Virus record (IMG/VR): IMGVR_UViG_3300022538_000960
Span: 34,002-98,001 of that record
DNA from: a virus
Length of the DNA: 64,000 nt
Strand: one strand, 5' to 3'
Shown: positions 59,025 through 64,000 of the stretch, one piece after another
How the letters are laid out: each line of letters opens with the position of its first letter
How positions within the stretch are numbered: position 1 is the stretch's first letter
Notes under the pieces: model-generated
Database searches by the model: none
The model's input: the letters and a program-made list of their open reading frames with translations, nothing else
What the model was told of the DNA's origin: nothing
Translations under genes and position numbers: made by a program

Positions 59025-60148
59025 TGAATCTTACTCACTGGAAACAAAAATTTCGGGGCCCATTGTCTAGTGCATTGTTAAATGGAGCATTTGAAGAAAT
59101 TTACCGCGAATTGGGTGTTGCCATAAATCATTTGCAACAGCTTTCCGGATCAAAGAATGCACTTTTATCTGCATTGGCATACCAGCTGCAGGCGGTAAAT
59201 AGTCTGTATGCGGGAACTGCATCGGAAGTTGGTATCATGAATACCACAAGAGGAATTTTACATAGGAATATGTATACTTCTGATGGATTGACAGCTGAAG
59301 CCGGCAGTCGAATTGCCAGCGTCTCTAATATGTATGGAATTGCAATGCTTCCAATTGGAAGAAAATTGAGTTTTATTCCTCAAATTGTTGACTCCTTTGG
59401 TGAGAGTATTGCGGATCCCTCCATAAAATTATATCTCGACGATGAATTTCAAGATGCTGACAACGCCGTATATAATATGCTGCATCATAACGAGTCGTCT
59501 CTATGGTTTGAAACGAATTCTGGGGTTGATTTGAAATCTCTCAAACTTGAGCTTCCAAAACCACCGACGACTATATTGAATTACATTGAGATTCAACCCA
59601 TTCCAAACTTTGTTCAGACGATTGACAACTTGGAAATAAGGAATTTTGATGGGATTTTTGCTTCCCCATATGATGGATTTCCGGATATTCAGCAGAATTC
59701 TTTTACGTCATTTGAAAACAATTCGTTTAACGATTCTATCCAATTTGAATTGTCTCCATGGAATGTTGATGATGGGGTCTGTGGAATAAAGTATTTTGAT
59801 TGTGGCTACATTGACTTTATCGGTTCTGCCAACTTACGTTTTGAATTAACAACTACTTCTACAATCAATCAAATTACTGACATTTTCCATACTCCAAGAA
59901 ATCGGGAATTTGTCAATCCAGGAGCCAGCTACCTAGGATTTGTGGATGATCCATCTGTTGTAATTACAATAAGAAGTGGAAGCCACGGTGGAGCGGTACT
60001 ATGGGATAATCTTTCCCATGCATATCCCCAGGATTCTAATATTCCAATATCGGCTGGTGGAGTTAATACCCTATATGTGAATGTCGATTTTTATAAAATC
60101 AATAATAGTACTCCAATTTTTAAAGATTTAACCGTTTATTTTATATGA
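59024..60148 (+). CDS. Structural protein, family B-related
   Basis: FRGPLSS..LN...EEI; C-terminal STPIFKDLTV. Confidence 0.55.
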   Translation: MNLTHWKQKFRGPLSSALLNGAFEEIYRELGVAINHLQQLSGSKNALLSALAYQLQAVNSLYAGTASEVGIMNTTRGILHRNMYTSDGLTAEAGSRIASVSNMYGIAMLPIGRKLSFIPQIVDSFGESIADPSIKLYLDDEFQDADNAVYNMLHHNESSLWFETNSGVDLKSLKLELPKPPTTILNYIEIQPIPNFVQTIDNLEIRNFDGIFASPYDGFPDIQQNSFTSFENNSFNDSIQFELSPWNVDDGVCGIKYFDCGYIDFIGSANLRFELTTTSTINQITDIFHTPRNREFVNPGASYLGFVDDPSVVITIRSGSHGGAVLWDNLSHAYPQDSNIPISAGGVNTLYVNVDFYKINNSTPIFKDLTVYFI

Positions 60149-61158
60149 GCAATTTATTCGAATCAACTGATAGATTTCTAGCAACTGGAGTACCAAAAGC
60201 CTCCAAGTTTCAAAAAATTGTAAGATTTTTCAATAAACATGTTTGGAATAGAGGGGGGAAAAGCCAAGATCCAGGAAATTACGAACATTGGGCCGAGTCA
60301 ATAAAATATGATGATGGGGGAGATGGTACTTCAGTATATGCTAAAATAAAAGAACAACTGAATACATCCTTAGCCGACGAAAAATGTTCCACGATAATTA
60401 TATCCAGATTGCCAGACCAGATATCTACGAAATATGTTTTTAGAGGTTCATATGATTTTGCATGTGATGGGTATAATGATGAGGCGCAAATTCAACAAGC
60501 TTATAATATTATTAGTGAAGTTGGATATGGGAAAATATTCTTAAGGAAGGGAAAATACAATATAGAGTCTTCCATGAATTTTCCGTTCCCGCCGTCCGGG
60601 AAAGAGTCATCGTCATTTTCAATGATGATTCAAGGAGAGGAGGGGACAATTATTAAACAAAAAAGTACTCATCTACATCAACCAGCAGCATTTATGTTAA
60701 CTTTGAATGCTCACACATGCTTTGATAGACCTACCATGCTTATATTTAAAAATTTGATTTTTGAAACAGATTTTTCCTGGTCGGGTCCAACTTCGCCGCC
60801 CGTATTGGTGAGTAGTCTTATTGATCTTGAGGATACTTCTTCAACCGCGTTCCATATTATATTTGACAATTGTGGATTTATAATTTCGGATGAATATTTT
60901 GTTAACAGGCTTGGTTGGGTTGCAATAAATTTAATCGGCACGAGTAGATTGGGAAATGTAACATTTAATGAATGCTATTTTAAACGAAGATATCTTTCAT
61001 ATGATGGTTTATATCTGGAAGGAGCACAGAATCATTTGGGGAATATTATAAAAGCAGAAAAATTAAATTCCATTATAATTAAGGATTGTATTTTCGAGGA
61101 TAGAGGTGCCAGGCATGAATTTGATCCGTTTATCTACACCACTCCGGAGGACCGATGA
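60145..61158 (+). CDS. Tail spike/depolymerase-like protein 1 (beta-helix), N-terminal piece
   Basis: Anchor motif N.H...PG.YEHWA..I.YD...K.ST; DFACDG.NDE.QIQQA...GKIFLRKGKY...IQGE pectate-lyase-like start. Confidence 0.65.
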   Translation: MSNLFESTDRFLATGVPKASKFQKIVRFFNKHVWNRGGKSQDPGNYEHWAESIKYDDGGDGTSVYAKIKEQLNTSLADEKCSTIIISRLPDQISTKYVFRGSYDFACDGYNDEAQIQQAYNIISEVGYGKIFLRKGKYNIESSMNFPFPPSGKESSSFSMMIQGEEGTIIKQKSTHLHQPAAFMLTLNAHTCFDRPTMLIFKNLIFETDFSWSGPTSPPVLVSSLIDLEDTSSTAFHIIFDNCGFIISDEYFVNRLGWVAINLIGTSRLGNVTFNECYFKRRYLSYDGLYLEGAQNHLGNIIKAEKLNSIIIKDCIFEDRGARHEFDPFIYTTPEDR

Positions 61159-61658
61159 AACCGCCACCGCCGCCACCTCCGGGTTCATTTCCAGCATCAG
61201 CACAGGATCTTAGTTTACCGCTTGTCACGATAAAAGATTGTAAGCAAGTAGTTGTGCGATTTTCCTCTTTTCATGGGCAAAATTGTATGATTACAGTTAA
61301 AGGCGATAATCCGAATTTCTCTAACTTAATATTTCATGGAAATCATTTGCTTCTATATGGTTATAACATGAATGATCCAGCATATCAAAATTCTGTTTTG
61401 GTATTTACTTCAATAAGTGGATCCGTTACTGACAATGTATGCGTTAGACTGTTGGATACAAAACCATCTGGTGAGAGTATTCAACTATTGACTGCGGTGG
61501 AGTGCATTATATCGAAGCGATTCAATATACTAACTTTTCCTTCTATTGGTGTGCAAAATTATAGTTCGCTTACACCCTATTGGTTTTGGGGAAGTCCAAA
61601 TTTAGGATCGAATCTATGGTTTGGACGGAGACACATGAAAATTCCAAAATCTACATAA
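61155..61658 (+). CDS. Probable C-terminal continuation of spike 1 (beta-helix rungs)
   Basis: ATGA overlap; poly-Pro start; VTIKDC, LIFHGN, VTDNVC rung-like pattern. Confidence 0.45.
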   Translation: MKPPPPPPPGSFPASAQDLSLPLVTIKDCKQVVVRFSSFHGQNCMITVKGDNPNFSNLIFHGNHLLLYGYNMNDPAYQNSVLVFTSISGSVTDNVCVRLLDTKPSGESIQLLTAVECIISKRFNILTFPSIGVQNYSSLTPYWFWGSPNLGSNLWFGRRHMKIPKST

Positions 61659-61670
61659 CTTTGAGTCAAA

Positions 61671-62678
61671 ATGAAATTTGAAACCAACTACTGGAAAAGA
61701 TTTGAGTTCCCATCATTCGAGAAATTAAATACAGTAATAGATGCCCTCAATTTTCACATCAAACATGACAAAACTGCGGAAGATGATTATGCAGAAACTG
61801 ATCCCGCTGGTGATTATGAGCATTGGGCATCTGTCATAAAGTTTTCGGATTTTGATGATATTCAGAGCTTGTTGGATTCTGTATTGTCTGGAGCATACGA
61901 TACTAAGATTTCTACTATCATAGTTGCTCCGATTTCCAGAAGACCGGTTGTTGCGGCCGATTATTATATATCGGATCCTTCGACACAATTACCCGGCATC
62001 GTAAATTCTATGTCTCCAGGATCTTCGCTATTCTTTCTGGCTGGAAATTATATATTTTCTGCTAATTTTTCATTTTCTGTACCAGTTGTTTTTATCGGGG
62101 AAGTAGCAGGAGGAACAAATTTTATTTTTGATGATTCATGTGCGATAACATATGGGGGGCATGCTGATTCTGATGCACCACCTGCAATATTCAAGAATAT
62201 ATTATTTATGGGCAGCTACGAAAAATTCATCAATGGTATGGGGATGAAATTTGAACACTGTGTATTTTATTACAAAGGGAGTGGGCATATTATAGGAACT
62301 CCATGTGAGGACTCTGTGGATCATTCGCGGCCTCTGATTGAAACCACTGATGGCGATTATCCAGCATATATCAAAATTTTAAATTGTAGATTCGTTCTGG
62401 AAGGCCCTGGAGTAATGTGTAATGTATCTGATGACATGACATATGAACATTTGTGTGCAGTCAGACATAAATATAAGACGTTTATTATGATAGATTCGGT
62501 AATTGATCAATATGGCCCCCCGACATTGTATTTTTATCGAGGGATTGTGATAGAAGATGATGGAACGCCAGAAGAATGCAAAATATCTGGATCTAGGATT
62601 ATTACGTATGGAGATCCAATTCGAATGCAACAAGGGGGTTTATTGATAGATAATTGTGAGATAGGGAGGACAAATTAA
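61671..62678 (+). CDS. Tail spike/depolymerase-like protein 2 (beta-helix)
   Basis: Same anchor motif (DPAGDYEHWASVIKF...DTKISTI); PGSSLFFLAGNY; IFKNILF, FEHCVF, ILNCRF rungs. Confidence 0.65.
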   Translation: MKFETNYWKRFEFPSFEKLNTVIDALNFHIKHDKTAEDDYAETDPAGDYEHWASVIKFSDFDDIQSLLDSVLSGAYDTKISTIIVAPISRRPVVAADYYISDPSTQLPGIVNSMSPGSSLFFLAGNYIFSANFSFSVPVVFIGEVAGGTNFIFDDSCAITYGGHADSDAPPAIFKNILFMGSYEKFINGMGMKFEHCVFYYKGSGHIIGTPCEDSVDHSRPLIETTDGDYPAYIKILNCRFVLEGPGVMCNVSDDMTYEHLCAVRHKYKTFIMIDSVIDQYGPPTLYFYRGIVIEDDGTPEECKISGSRIITYGDPIRMQQGGLLIDNCEIGRTN

Positions 62679-62921
62679 ATGACAATTCGTGCTGGAATAA
62701 TGGTGGATGGTGCAGCTACTCTTTGTGTTACCAGAACTCGGATACAAGTTCCAACGTCCGACCCGGATGCTGCGGGATATTTTTCAATTTACTCCAGCGG
62801 AGCAATTGCAAATCTTCATATTTCCATGAATTTGTTTAATGCTAATGTGGATATAAATGGGATCGGTATTGCTAATTGGGATGGATTCAATAGTATAGAG
62901 GCTGGGAAACCGGTATTTTAA
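62679..62921 (+). CDS. Probable C-terminal continuation of spike 2
   Basis: TAA-ATG directly adjacent and in frame; own GGGAGG RBS; beta-rich. Confidence 0.45.
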   Translation: MTIRAGIMVDGAATLCVTRTRIQVPTSDPDAAGYFSIYSSGAIANLHISMNLFNANVDINGIGIANWDGFNSIEAGKPVF

Positions 62922-62923
62922 TT

Positions 62924-64000
62924 ATGGGAACTTTAGTACTAAATTTTCGTAAATTCCGGAAGTTGATGGCTAGATCATTAAATACCTTGGTGCATAAATT
63001 TAATGATCATACCAATGCGAATAAATATACGCCAACGTATCCTGGAAGACAATTTGAACATTGGGCATCTGCAATTCGTTACGATAATACTTCATTAGAA
63101 GATATATTAAATATTTTATATAATCAAACTCGTCCAAATGTCGATACAAAGTGTTCAACCTTGGTTTTGTCCCCACATGTAGACCAGGCAGACCCGGGAT
63201 ATCAGGTTGATACCAGCAGAGCCCAAGATGTGCTGAATGATGCTATTTCTTTTGCTTCAGCAACTGAAGGTTCATCCATTCATATATTAGATGGGGAATA
63301 CACATTTACTGGGAAAGTAGAATGTAATTCTTATATAGAGCTAATTGGGGAATCGAAAGATTCTGTTACTTTTCTATCAGATTTCTCTGGAACAGATTCT
63401 TTCAAATTTACCAAGGGCACATTTAGGAATATCACATTCATAGCAGAAAGTGGCGCTTATTTTATTGGGGCCGGGGAGTTCGATGCTAATTATTATCCAA
63501 TTGATTTAATTTTTGATAATTGCCGATTCGAATTTACTGGGAGTGAAGATACAAAAACGATTTATTATAATTTAACGGAATCAAATGCATATGCTTATAG
63601 CAAAATTGTTTTCAAGGATTGCGAATTTATAAATAATAGAGCGAATGAAATCGCGGGCGGTCGGACAGGATTGATTCGTTCTGAAAATCAGACCACATCT
63701 CCTATGAGAATAATTTGTCATGGATGTAATTTTTCGTTTAAAACAGACTTGATTGCACCATACGCATCTTTCATTAGCATGTATACGAATATTGTTGCTA
63801 ACCAAAGTGCCGTGGGTTGGAATAGCTCTGAAAGCAATATTGATAAACTTTCATTGTATAGGTGTAATTTCTACTCTTCTACTGCGGCTCCTCCGCTGGG
63901 ATTAAGCACCAAACCAATATTAGTTACTGGTTGCGCGGCTGAAATGTATCATTGTAATGTGTCGACAAAGTGTTCCACATTCTTGAGATCATATTATGGA
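62924..64000 (+). CDS. Tail spike/depolymerase-like protein 3, 3'-truncated by the window (absent from the ORF track)
   Basis: Hand translation MGTLVLNFRK...FNDH...YPGRQFEHWASAIRYD...VDTKCSTL...IHILDGEY...IELIGES...FRNITF. Confidence 0.7.
   Translation, partial: MGTLVLNFRKFRKLMARSLNTLVHKFNDHTNANKYTPTYPGRQFEHWASAIRYDNTSLEDILNILYNQTRPNVDTKCSTLVLSPHVDQADPGYQVDTSRAQDVLNDAISFASATEGSSIHILDGEYTFTGKVECNSYIELIGESKDSVTFLSDFSGTDSFKFTKGTFRNITFIAESGAYFIGAGEFDANYYPIDLIFDNCRFEFTGSEDTKTIYYNLTESNAYAYSKIVFKDCEFINNRANEIAGGRTGLIRSENQTTSPMRIICHGCNFSFKTDLIAPYASFISMYTNIVANQSAVGWNSSESNIDKLSLYRCNFYSSTAAPPLGLSTKPILVTGCAAEMYHCNVSTKCSTFLRSYYG

Noticed and set aside
366-63805. The many minus-strand and short alternate-frame ORFs in the track
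   Set aside because: All overlap longer + strand genes with coherent phage functions; no recognisable motifs; treated as shadow ORFs.
63138-63978. Near-repeat GTCGA(TA)CAAAGTGTTC at ~63140 and ~63961
   Set aside because: Short, imperfect, two copies only; no support for a DGR or recombination site.
1-64000. Genome-wide stop-codon reassignment (TGA or TAG)
   Set aside because: Three ~6-kb ORFs are open in the standard code, coding density is near complete, and TGA ends many genes in ATGA overlaps; only one isolated in-frame TGA was found.

Overview
The whole 64 kb is one + strand virion morphogenesis region of a large (probably jumbo) contractile-tailed dsDNA phage or phage-like element. Gene order: prohead protease/scaffold, head decoration protein, major capsid protein, neck/tail-completion genes, tail sheath, three tail-tube paralogues, tail chaperones, three ~2000-aa proteins with a class II ribonucleotide reductase (nrdJ) between the first two, baseplate (spike, gp25-like, J-like), many acidic baseplate/fibre proteins and beta-helix tail spikes. 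The most striking signal is the ~2015-aa protein at 24536-30580. It carries both catalytic halves of a two-barrel RNA polymerase (beta-type K-x6-K-G motif and beta'-type R-x-P...DFDGD motif) fused to an intact DEDDh 3'-5' exonuclease, with hydrophobic segments at both ends. It sits in the tape-measure locus next to a ~2010-aa protein carrying a PD-(D/E)xK nuclease-like domain, and is a candidate virion-delivered transcription/nuclease machine. Other themes: repeated 'genes in pieces' (an Ig domain split by an HNH cassette, a paralogue scrambled into three ORFs, an in-frame TGA), a 14-bp intergenic motif found three times, strong Ser-Gly enrichment in outer virion proteins, a structured RNA plus two DUF2283-like genes between tail-tube genes, and host-like composition of nrdJ. 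All assignments come from motif reading and synteny by eye; no database searches were run. No tRNA, rRNA or CRISPR array was seen.
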